DNA of 19,745 nt from Candidatus Hydrogenedentota bacterium (GCA_046583315.1 JAYGCN010000330.1:1-19745), one strand, 5' to 3'; positions 8,378 through 16,830 are shown, counted from the stretch's first letter. Program-made: numbers and translations. Notes: generated by a model not told the origin, from the letters alone.

Positions 8378-9979
8378 ATGCCAAGCGACAAACTCGACTT
8401 TCGAAACCGCGCCGAGCTCTTCCAGACACTCGAGCAGACCCAATACGACCTGCTCATCATCGGTGCAGGCATTACCGGTTGTGGAGTCGCTCGTGAAGCC
8501 GCCATGCGCGGCCTGAAAGTTGCCCTCGTGGACTCCCACGACATCGCCGCGGGCACCTCAAGTCGCTCCTCGAAATTGGTACACGGCGGCATGCGGTACA
8601 TGGCTGCAGGCCAACTCACTGTCGTAAAAGAAGCCTCCATCGAACGCAAAACATTGCGCCGAATCGCCCCCCATCTCGCCCAAACAACCCGTATGCTCCT
8701 GCCCGCACCCAACATAGCCGCCTCCCTAAAATTCAAGACCGCCATGCTTGCCTACGAAAAACTCGGCGAAGTGGAACCCGAAAATCGACACCAAGTCTGG
8801 GACCTCGAAACCCTGCGCGAAAACGAACCCGAAATAGACACCGACCGATTGCGCAGCGCGGTCGTCTACCCGGAATACGTCACCGATGATGCTCGCCTGA
8901 CGCTGGCGAACGCGCGTAGTGCAAAAGCCGCCGGTGCGCACATCATTACGTATGCGCCCGTCACCCAAATTCTAACCGAAAACAGATCGGCGGTCGGGGT
9001 CATCGTATCAGACTCACTCGGAGAACAAGGTGCGTGCATAAACGCGAGAATGATCGTCAATGCCGCCGGCCCCTGGCTCGATGCAGTACGCGCGCTCGAA
9101 GACAATCAAGCTCTACCACTGCTCCAACTCACCAAAGGCATCCACGTCACACTTCGGCGTGATCGACTTCCCATCAACAGCACCGTCATCCTTCAAGCCG
9201 CCGACAAACGTTCCAACTTCGTCGTGCCGCGCGGAGAATACGTCTACTTCGGCACCACCGACACCTTCTACCCAGATGCGGACTATTGGCCCGGCATCAC
9301 ACACGAAGACATTGACTACCTCCTCGATTCAGGCAGAAAAACATTTAATTCAGCCCCATTCAACGACGAGGATATCGTCTCCGTCTGGTCAGGCGTCCGA
9401 CCGCTACTGGCCCAGCGCGGCAAAAAACCCTCGGAAATATCCCGCAAAAACGAATTTTTGCAAGGCCCCGGCGGTGTACTCTCCATAGCCGGTGGTAAGC
9501 TCACCAGCTACCGGTCCATGGCCGAACGCATCGTCGACCTATGCGCGAAAAATCTGGGAATCAATACCCACCCGTCCACGACCGCAGAAGATCCGCTTCC
9601 CGGTGGCGACTTCGACGGCGACCTTGCCCCCATCGAAGCAGCTCTGTCCTCAAAAGGTCTCTCCCCCGCCCAATCAGAACGTGGCGCAAGACTCTATGGA
9701 AGCGAAGCGGCCGGAGTGTTCAGCGGCAACGACACCTTGCAGGCCGAAATCGATCAGGCCGTATTGGCCGAAGGTGCCCTAACCCTCGAAGATGTCTGGG
9801 TACGACGAACAAGCCGGGCACGATTCTCCGAAAACGGCGGCCTCGACGATCTTGAAGCAATGGCAACACACATGGGCACGCTCATGAACTGGTCTGATCC
9901 AGAACGACAAACTCAACTCGACAACTGTCGCGAAATCCATCGTAACGAACGAAGTGTTTTTCAACCACAAGGAACCTAA
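8378..9979 (+). CDS. glpD: FAD-dependent glycerol-3-phosphate dehydrogenase/oxidase (GlpD-like)
   Basis: DLLIIGAGITGCG, GTSSRSSKLVHGGMRY, TDDARL, VNAAGPW, KGIH, GTTD, GVRPL, GGKLTSYR. Confidence 0.92.
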   Translation: MPSDKLDFRNRAELFQTLEQTQYDLLIIGAGITGCGVAREAAMRGLKVALVDSHDIAAGTSSRSSKLVHGGMRYMAAGQLTVVKEASIERKTLRRIAPHLAQTTRMLLPAPNIAASLKFKTAMLAYEKLGEVEPENRHQVWDLETLRENEPEIDTDRLRSAVVYPEYVTDDARLTLANARSAKAAGAHIITYAPVTQILTENRSAVGVIVSDSLGEQGACINARMIVNAAGPWLDAVRALEDNQALPLLQLTKGIHVTLRRDRLPINSTVILQAADKRSNFVVPRGEYVYFGTTDTFYPDADYWPGITHEDIDYLLDSGRKTFNSAPFNDEDIVSVWSGVRPLLAQRGKKPSEISRKNEFLQGPGGVLSIAGGKLTSYRSMAERIVDLCAKNLGINTHPSTTAEDPLPGGDFDGDLAPIEAALSSKGLSPAQSERGARLYGSEAAGVFSGNDTLQAEIDQAVLAEGALTLEDVWVRRTSRARFSENGGLDDLEAMATHMGTLMNWSDPERQTQLDNCREIHRNERSVFQPQGT

Positions 9980-9980
9980 C

Positions 9981-11384
9981 GTGTCCTCCATCACCAAAAT
10001 CCTGACCGACGCGCTCGCCAGCGAAAAAGTCATCACCGACCCTGAAATCCTCAAAACCCGACGTCACGACTACTGGGTACTCAGCCATCTCGACAACATT
10101 CAGGACCGCCCCACCCCGGCTCCCGCATGTGTAGTCCGTCCAACCTCCACCGAAGACGTCGTTAAAATCGTCAATGCCTGCAGCGAATCCAAAACGCCAC
10201 TCATCCCCTTCGGACTCGGCAGCGGTGTAGTCGGCGGTGTCATCACCACGCCGGAACACGTGTTACTCGATCTCAGTTCCATGAACAAGATTCGCAATAT
10301 CGACGAAACAAACTACATTGCCTCCTTCGACGCCGGATACAACGGCGGAGAAGCCGAATGCGCCGTGCAGAAAAAAGGCCTCACCATCGGACACTGGCCT
10401 CAATCCATCGACATCAGCAGTGTCGGAGGCTGGATCGCCACACGCGCATCCGGACAATTCTCCACCGCCTACGGAAACATCGAAGACATCGTCTACAGCA
10501 TCGAGGCGGTATTACCCGACGGCTCCATCATCAACGCCGGTAAAGCCCCACGCGCATCCGCCGGCCCCGATTTACGCCATCTCCTCCTAGGAAGCGAAGG
10601 CACGCTCGCCGTCATCACAGGCGTCTCCTTATCCCTGCGAAAACTACCCGAGGTGTCACTCCACTCAGCATTCTACGCCCCAAATATGAAGACAGGTCTC
10701 GAATTCCAACGCGAGGTCATGCAAACGGGATATGCCCCGCCAGTCATGCGTCTATACGACTCCACTGAAGCCGCCCGCAACTTCCCCGCCGAACACAAAG
10801 ACGACGCAGCCATCTTCTTCGCAATCCACGAAGGTCCACAAGCCCTGGCCGAAGCCGAACAAGCCGGTGTCACAGCAATCGCCAAAACACATGGACTCGA
10901 AGAGGCACCCACCCAACTCGTCGAACAATGGCTGGGACATCGAAACACGGTTCCAACCTGGCAGACCTTTTTCGAAAAAGGAATCATCCTCGACACCATC
11001 GAGATTTCCTCTAGCTGGGATACCATCAACGCCATCTACGAAGCCGCCACCGCCTCCGTCCGTGAAGTTCCCGGTGTCCTCGCTGCCACCGCACACAGCT
11101 CCCACGCCTACCGCACCGGCATCAATCTCTACTTCACCTTCGCAGCACGTCCCGACAACTCCGCCGACATGGCAGACACCTATCGCGAATGCTGGAAACG
11201 CGTACTCGATGCCACCGCTGCCCACGGCGGAGGCATCGCCCACCACCACGGCATCGGACGCGTACGAAAAGACTATCTCGTGCACGATGTCGGCGAAGTC
11301 GGCATACAGACCCTGCGCAAACTCAAACAGACCCTCGACCCACACAACATCATGAACCCCGGAGTACTCCTGCCCGATGCCTGA
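9981..11384 (+). CDS. FAD-binding oxidoreductase (VAO/PCMH family), alkyl-dihydroxyacetonephosphate synthase (AGPS)-like
   Basis: PFGLGSGV.GG, GHWPQS..ISSVGGWIATRASG...YGNIED, LGSEGTLAVIT, RLYD, LYFTF, HHHGIG, LDP.NIMNPG. GTG start at 9981 with AAGGA upstream, 1 nt after the glpD stop. Confidence 0.88.
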   Translation: MSSITKILTDALASEKVITDPEILKTRRHDYWVLSHLDNIQDRPTPAPACVVRPTSTEDVVKIVNACSESKTPLIPFGLGSGVVGGVITTPEHVLLDLSSMNKIRNIDETNYIASFDAGYNGGEAECAVQKKGLTIGHWPQSIDISSVGGWIATRASGQFSTAYGNIEDIVYSIEAVLPDGSIINAGKAPRASAGPDLRHLLLGSEGTLAVITGVSLSLRKLPEVSLHSAFYAPNMKTGLEFQREVMQTGYAPPVMRLYDSTEAARNFPAEHKDDAAIFFAIHEGPQALAEAEQAGVTAIAKTHGLEEAPTQLVEQWLGHRNTVPTWQTFFEKGIILDTIEISSSWDTINAIYEAATASVREVPGVLAATAHSSHAYRTGINLYFTFAARPDNSADMADTYRECWKRVLDATAAHGGGIAHHHGIGRVRKDYLVHDVGEVGIQTLRKLKQTLDPHNIMNPGVLLPDA

Positions 11385-12792
11385 CCTCACCTTGGCACTC
11401 GACATCGGCACGACAAGTCTACGCGCGGTGATCTTCGATCCGCAGTGGGTCATCGCAGGGCAGAGTCACGACATCATCGCATCCAATGCCCCTCATCCCG
11501 GATGGCTTGAGCAGGATCCAGAAGAAATCTGGACCAAAACGATGACCGCCGCGCGCGAAGCGATCAGGGCCGCGACAGCAACAGGGAGCGATGTCACCAG
11601 CATCGGCATCACCACTCAACGCGCCTCCTGCATGGTCTGGGAACGCACAACTGGAAACCCGCTCACCCCTCTCGTCAGCTGGCAGGATATGAGAGGAATA
11701 CAGCGCGCTCACGAGTTGGGCGAACAAGGATTTCCCCTCATGCCCGCGTCCTCTGCCTGCAAACTCGAATCCATTCTCGACGCCATCCCCAACGGTCGTC
11801 AACGCATGAACGCAGACGAACTCTGCTGGGGCAACATCGACAGCTACATCGTATTTCGACTCACCGGCGGCGCCGTCCACGCCACCGATCACTCCCAAGC
11901 CTGCGCGACCGGCTACTACGATATGCAGTCCAACGGCTGGAACGACGCACTACTCAAGATTCAAGACCTCTCCCCCGACTTCTTTCCCGAACTCGTTGAT
12001 ACCTCAGGTGTAATCGGCGAAACGATTGCCAAACACTTCAACGCCACCATTCCCATCGGCGCTATCGTCGGCGATCAACAAAGCTCCGCCGTCGCCCAAG
12101 GCTGCACCGAACCCGGCGACCTCAAATTCACCTTCGGCACCTCCGGCACCTGCAATGTAAACACGGGCCAAGACATCCTGTCATTACACGGCACCTACCC
12201 CCTCGTTCTCCGTCACGAAAACGACACGACCACTTATTGCATCGAAGCCATGATCATGACCGCCGGTGCCATGCTCGATTGGACGGCTAATTTGCTGAAT
12301 CGAGACGGCCTTTTCACCGATTCCGACCACCCCGTCGACTCCAGCGGCGTATATGTGCTACCCGCCCTACAAGGTCTCGGCTCGCCCCATGCCAACCCGA
12401 ATCAAACCGCATCGATCGTCGGCCTCACACGCTCAACCACGCCCCAACACATCGCCGATGCCACCCTCGAAGGAATCTGCTACCGCGCACGCGAAATCGT
12501 CGAAGCGATTACCGAGCACAGTCCTCACCCCGTCCCCGAACGCATCGCTATCGACGGAGGCCTCTCCTCCAACACACGTTTTACACAACTTCTCGCAACG
12601 ATTATTGCAAAGCCCCTCGCCATATCCCCCCACCAAGAAGCCACCGCCCTCGGCGCAGCAGTTCTGGCACGACACCTGTCCGATTCACAAATGAGCTACA
12701 CCAAAGGATCTGAGGTACCACCAGACTCTACCCGCATCAAGCACTATAGCGATGCCTATGAACAATGGAAATCCTTCTTCCACCTACACTAA
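11377..12792 (+). CDS. FGGY-family kinase, glycerol-kinase-like with an atypical substrate pocket
   Basis: DIGTTS, GW.EQDP, GITTQRAS, WQD.R, GDQQ, K.TFGT, GLGSP, DGG, EATALGAA; the start overlaps the upstream stop (ATGCCTGA). Confidence 0.9.
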   Translation: MPDLTLALDIGTTSLRAVIFDPQWVIAGQSHDIIASNAPHPGWLEQDPEEIWTKTMTAAREAIRAATATGSDVTSIGITTQRASCMVWERTTGNPLTPLVSWQDMRGIQRAHELGEQGFPLMPASSACKLESILDAIPNGRQRMNADELCWGNIDSYIVFRLTGGAVHATDHSQACATGYYDMQSNGWNDALLKIQDLSPDFFPELVDTSGVIGETIAKHFNATIPIGAIVGDQQSSAVAQGCTEPGDLKFTFGTSGTCNVNTGQDILSLHGTYPLVLRHENDTTTYCIEAMIMTAGAMLDWTANLLNRDGLFTDSDHPVDSSGVYVLPALQGLGSPHANPNQTASIVGLTRSTTPQHIADATLEGICYRAREIVEAITEHSPHPVPERIAIDGGLSSNTRFTQLLATIIAKPLAISPHQEATALGAAVLARHLSDSQMSYTKGSEVPPDSTRIKHYSDAYEQWKSFFHLH

Positions 12793-12800
12793 CCGTACCC

Positions 12801-14510
12801 TCATTGGCCAACGGGTTCAGAAAAATCAAGCGGAACAATCTTCCACTCTATCCCCAGACCCGTCATCGCCTCGGACGTAAAACACCAAACGACAACTTCC
12901 TTCCCGTCATACCGATTGCCATCAAGTGCTGCATCGATTCGGACTCCATTTACCCCTGACTTTTTCCCAAGCATACTTAAACGATCGATTTCGAAACCAA
13001 GCTCAAACGACAGATAGTCTTGCAATCCTGCTCCAAATACCGAACCTGCCGTAAATGAACTCCCAAGAAAATAAGTAAAGCTATCGCCCAGTAGCAGAAC
13101 AGGGCTATTGCCATCCGTCTGAACCGGACGCGTGCCATTCGGTGAAGCATCATCCATTACTACCTGTGCCGTATCGGTCTCCAACCAACTCCGATTCTCT
13201 TCCTGTAAAGCCGTCTCACCCTCGTGCTCCTCATACCAATACGAAGCAATGTACCCAATCCGCGAGGGTACCGAATGAATCGTCTGCCGATTCGCCCCCT
13301 CAAAACCACTCGCTTCACGACACGTCTCCGCGACTTTCCTGGCAGCCAGGCGCACCCCCTCAGCAGACCAGTGATGGTCATCGCTAAGGTAGGGGGACCG
13401 CCCATTTTCACGACGAAATTTCTCAAATTCCGGATACAAGTCAACGACTGTCACGCCTTTTTGCTCAAGCAGATCATAAAACACCCTAAATTTTCGATCC
13501 AATCGAAAAGATGCATCAAGATCGGCAAAACGTCCGTGCCCAAAAGTTCTTTCCGTATCAAAAAGTATTCTCGGAGGAGCCGGCACCAGAACAAGCGTGA
13601 TACCGGCACGTTCAAGAGCCTCATGATACGCAACAATCGACGGGAGCACGCTCGCACCCATTAAGGAACTTTCAGAAATGCCCTCAAGATAGGACCCGCT
13701 CGGACCGCCCTGCCCATCCTTACCCGTAATGAGTGCATCACCCGCACTAGCAGTCAAATGCCACCCATCATCCCCCAACGGGTTCGCTACCCCCGGTTCA
13801 AGAGAAGACCGTCGCGCCGATAGGGCTTCCAAAAACTCCCCTTCCACATCCCGAAGCGAATCCACATACCGCTTCCGCAGTTCCAACATCCAATCGTCCG
13901 ATGATGCCGGCACAGCCGGATCGGTTTCCGATTTAATTCCCCGTCCGCTATCCCACACCCCGTAATATTCCGGCGCTGTCAAGACACTCTCGCTCGTTAG
14001 GCGAATGTGTTGAATAGACTCCAACGAGTTCCTCACTTCATCCCACGGCTGAATCGAAATAATCACAGGTTGACCTACCCGCAACTCCGTCGTGTCGTCG
14101 CGAATATAGTCCCGCATGCTCCAGACATGCGCCACCAAATGATCCTCTACCGATACGCCCCGCGTGAGGGATGTCACGTCAGAGAGAAACAGCGATATCA
14201 GGCAATTTCCATCCACGCTTTCCGTCCAAACAGGAGAAGTTGACAGTTCCCGAATCACTCCTCGAACAACAGAAGCCTTTTTCGTTGTTGCTGTTGTTGG
14301 CGCTAGTGTTGGTTCGGGAACGGAAACAGCAAGCGGCTCAGGCGTCGCATGCTCACTAGGTTTCGGAGCAACAGATACCCATACAAAAGGCAAGGCGACC
14401 ACCATTAAGAGCAGCACTACACCTGGAAGTCGACCATATTTTGCTTCCCATCCCCCTTTGTCCTCTCCGGCAGCTTCAGCCGCTACCGACTCTTTATTCT
14501 CGTCAATCAA
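12801..14510 (-). CDS. AlgJ/AlgX-like SGNH-fold polysaccharide O-acetyltransferase-related protein with N-terminal membrane anchor
   Basis: G.DGW, LVLVPAP, VDLY, DHHWSAEG (DxH) preceding VLLLGDSF (circularly permuted SGNH order), VVVW. Start placed at TTG 14510 with SD AAAGGAG; one TM segment near the N-terminus. Confidence 0.8.
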   Translation of the reverse strand: MIDENKESVAAEAAGEDKGGWEAKYGRLPGVVLLLMVVALPFVWVSVAPKPSEHATPEPLAVSVPEPTLAPTTATTKKASVVRGVIRELSTSPVWTESVDGNCLISLFLSDVTSLTRGVSVEDHLVAHVWSMRDYIRDDTTELRVGQPVIISIQPWDEVRNSLESIQHIRLTSESVLTAPEYYGVWDSGRGIKSETDPAVPASSDDWMLELRKRYVDSLRDVEGEFLEALSARRSSLEPGVANPLGDDGWHLTASAGDALITGKDGQGGPSGSYLEGISESSLMGASVLPSIVAYHEALERAGITLVLVPAPPRILFDTERTFGHGRFADLDASFRLDRKFRVFYDLLEQKGVTVVDLYPEFEKFRRENGRSPYLSDDHHWSAEGVRLAARKVAETCREASGFEGANRQTIHSVPSRIGYIASYWYEEHEGETALQEENRSWLETDTAQVVMDDASPNGTRPVQTDGNSPVLLLGDSFTYFLGSSFTAGSVFGAGLQDYLSFELGFEIDRLSMLGKKSGVNGVRIDAALDGNRYDGKEVVVWCFTSEAMTGLGIEWKIVPLDFSEPVGQ

Positions 14511-14552
14511 ATCGAACTCTCCTTTGTTGGGAATCCGGTGGACCCGACAAAG

Positions 14553-14582
14553 AGTATAATTAAGAACTCTTCCCCAGGACAA
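14553..14582 (-). promoter_or_regulatory. Putative sigma70 promoter for the AlgX-like gene
   Basis: Minus strand TTGTCC-N18-TATACT, about 40 nt upstream of the TTG start. Confidence 0.4.
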
Positions 14583-14586
14583 GATG

Positions 14587-16758
14587 TTATATCTTCGTAT
14601 GAAGCAATCGTAAGCCGTTAAAAATCACCAGCAACGAAGCCCCCATATCCGCAATAATCGCCATCCACAGCGTCGAAATACCCACCACCGCCAACAAAAC
14701 AAACGCCGCCTTCACACCCAGTGCAAATCCAATGTTCTGCTTCAAAATTCTCATGGTACGTTTCGCATGCTCGATAAGCCACGGTACTTTCAGCAGATCA
14801 TCCGAGACCAACGCAACATCCGCCGTCTCGATCGCCGCATCCGATCCCATCGCGCCCATCGCAATCCCCAAAGACGCCGCGGCCATCGCCGGAGCATCAT
14901 TTATTCCATCGCCCAGCATCGCCACGTGTCGACCCTCTCGCGTCAGTGCAGACACCGCCTCCACTTTTTCCTCCGGCAACAATCCGTACTCCACCGAATC
15001 AACTCCGACCGCTTCCGCCACGCTAGTCGCAGGCCCTTGCCCATCACCCGTCAACATTACCGACGCCACCCCACACGCATGCAACAATTCCACCATCTCC
15101 GATGCCTGCGTACGAATTTCATCCGCAACACCAATCAACCCGCAAGCATGTTCTTCATGCCCAACGACAACAACCGTGTCTCCCATTTCCACAAGTCGAT
15201 CACAATTTTCCCGAACCAACTCTTCATCCACGCCCCGCTCTTGCGCGAATCGATTGCTCCCAATCCAAAACATTCGTCCGTTGAATTGCCCCGTCGCACC
15301 CTTGCCTTGCACAATCCGATACGAATCACACTTCGGAATATCGATTTTCTCAGCGCGGGCCTCTGCAAGTATCGCCGTGGCAATGGGATGATCCGATTGA
15401 GACTCCATCGCCGCCGCGCGCGCCAAGACCTCCTCCCGCGTATGACCATTGAGCGGAAGAACCGTCTGTACAGCGGCATTTCCCAAAGTGAGCGTGCCCG
15501 TCTTATCCGTCGCCAGCGTATCGATGCGTGCGGCCCGGTCCAGAACCGTGCCGCCTTTGATCAAAACACCATTTCCAGCAGCCGCACTCAATGCCGAAAC
15601 TATCGTAATCGGCGCCGATAGGACCAGCGCGCAGGGACACGCAATGACCAGCAACACCAACCCCTGATACACACCCGCCAACCAATTCCCCCCGTTAAAC
15701 AGGGGAATGCTGACCATAACCAATGCCGACAAGACCATCACCGTAGGCGTATAAATTCCGGCAAAGCGTTCCACCCAGACCTCACGCTCCGATCGTTTCG
15801 AGTGCGCATCCTCCACCAACGCAATCATTCGACTCAGGGTCGAGTCTTCCGCCAACTGCGTAACCGTCATCTCAATCGTTGCATTGCCATTCACCGACCC
15901 CGCATACAGCATACTGCCTAAGGAAACCGGGATCGGCATCGACTCACCCGTAATCGGCGATTGATTCACATACGACTCACCAAGCGTTACTTCTCCATCC
16001 AGGGGAATACGCTCGCCCGGGCGTACCTGAACCCGTGAACCGATGTTCACCTCTTTCGCAGCACGTCGCTCAAATTCCAATGCATGATTACAAAATACCC
16101 AAGCCGTATCCGGCGTCGTAGCCAGCAACGCGCTGATCGATCTGCGCGCACGCCGCACACTCCACGCTTCCAACTGCAACGACACCGAAAACAAAAATGC
16201 CACCATGCCCTCTTCCATCCACTCGCCCAGAAACATCGCACCCAACACCGCCACCAGCATCAGAAGATTCATATCCGCGCGCCCTCGACGCGGCGCGTAC
16301 CACACTTTCGGAATCACAAACCAAAAACCGATGACCACCGCAACACCGATGGTCACAAGACTCGCCACCGGATACCCATGCTCCTCCCCTACACTCCCAA
16401 AAGCATCCGACCAACCATGCTGCACACCATGCCATAACAAAGCACCCGCATTCAGAACGCCTCCCGCTACGCACAACAAAAATCGACCGTGCAGCGACCA
16501 AAAACGTTCATCTTCCCCTTGCCGAAGCGCGAATTCACTCCATCCCGTCGCCTCGAGACCTGCTTTCCCCACAGCCACACATATCGCCTTTTCCTCCTCA
16601 TCGCTTCCCTGAGCAAGGACCGAAAGTTTGCCTCGAAGCAGATCAAAAGCGAGGTCCGACTCCGAATAACCCAGCGACAAAAGGGCCGACCGAATCGTCT
16701 TGATCTCTTCTATACAATCAAGACCCCGCACTCTAAACGCATGTACTTGATCACCCAT
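14587..16758 (-). CDS. cadA: Heavy-metal-translocating P1B-type ATPase (Zn/Cd/Pb, P1B-2-like)
   Basis: DMNLLM, PGERIPLDG, TGES, CPCAL, DKTGTLT, HP, GDGINDAP; Lys in the penultimate TM and DMG in the last TM (P1B-2 signature); N-terminal HMA-like domain GLDCIEE. Confidence 0.93.
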   Translation of the reverse strand: MGDQVHAFRVRGLDCIEEIKTIRSALLSLGYSESDLAFDLLRGKLSVLAQGSDEEEKAICVAVGKAGLEATGWSEFALRQGEDERFWSLHGRFLLCVAGGVLNAGALLWHGVQHGWSDAFGSVGEEHGYPVASLVTIGVAVVIGFWFVIPKVWYAPRRGRADMNLLMLVAVLGAMFLGEWMEEGMVAFLFSVSLQLEAWSVRRARRSISALLATTPDTAWVFCNHALEFERRAAKEVNIGSRVQVRPGERIPLDGEVTLGESYVNQSPITGESMPIPVSLGSMLYAGSVNGNATIEMTVTQLAEDSTLSRMIALVEDAHSKRSEREVWVERFAGIYTPTVMVLSALVMVSIPLFNGGNWLAGVYQGLVLLVIACPCALVLSAPITIVSALSAAAGNGVLIKGGTVLDRAARIDTLATDKTGTLTLGNAAVQTVLPLNGHTREEVLARAAAMESQSDHPIATAILAEARAEKIDIPKCDSYRIVQGKGATGQFNGRMFWIGSNRFAQERGVDEELVRENCDRLVEMGDTVVVVGHEEHACGLIGVADEIRTQASEMVELLHACGVASVMLTGDGQGPATSVAEAVGVDSVEYGLLPEEKVEAVSALTREGRHVAMLGDGINDAPAMAAASLGIAMGAMGSDAAIETADVALVSDDLLKVPWLIEHAKRTMRILKQNIGFALGVKAAFVLLAVVGISTLWMAIIADMGASLLVIFNGLRLLHTKI

Positions 16759-16764
16759 GCTTGG

Positions 16765-16792
16765 AGCATAGACTAATGATACACATTATCAA
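16765..16792 (-). promoter_or_regulatory. Putative leaderless sigma70 promoter of the ATPase, overlapped by a Fur-family-like operator
   Basis: Minus strand TTGATA-N16-TATGCT-N6-ATG with no SD. Positions 16772-16790 (actaatgatacacattatc) match GATAATGATAATCATTATC at 15/19. Confidence 0.55.
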
Positions 16793-16830
16793 TAAGAAAC
16801 CTCGCCGTGTCCGCAATTCTTTCCATTTTA

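Noticed and set aside
8290..8745. 151-aa minus-strand ORF upstream of the crotonase gene
   Set aside because: Mostly the antisense shadow of the glpD 5' end and it crosses the promoter region; no recognisable domain.
9981..11384. Glycolate oxidase GlcD / D-lactate dehydrogenase call
   Set aside because: It has HHHGIG and YGNIED (AGPS type) rather than GEHGxG and HxGDGNxH, and glcEF are absent.
11377..12792. Canonical glpK / glycerol utilisation operon
   Set aside because: Key glycerol-binding residues are substituted, glpF and glpR are absent, and an AGPS-like gene is embedded in the operon.
12793..12800. Intrinsic terminators between convergent gene pairs (also 181-217, 7461-7466, 19006-19027)
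   Set aside because: The gaps are very short and no convincing hairpin plus U-tract was found.
14732..15621. 219- and 284-aa antisense ORFs within the ATPase gene
   Set aside because: Typical antisense shadows of a conserved gene, with biased composition and no motifs.
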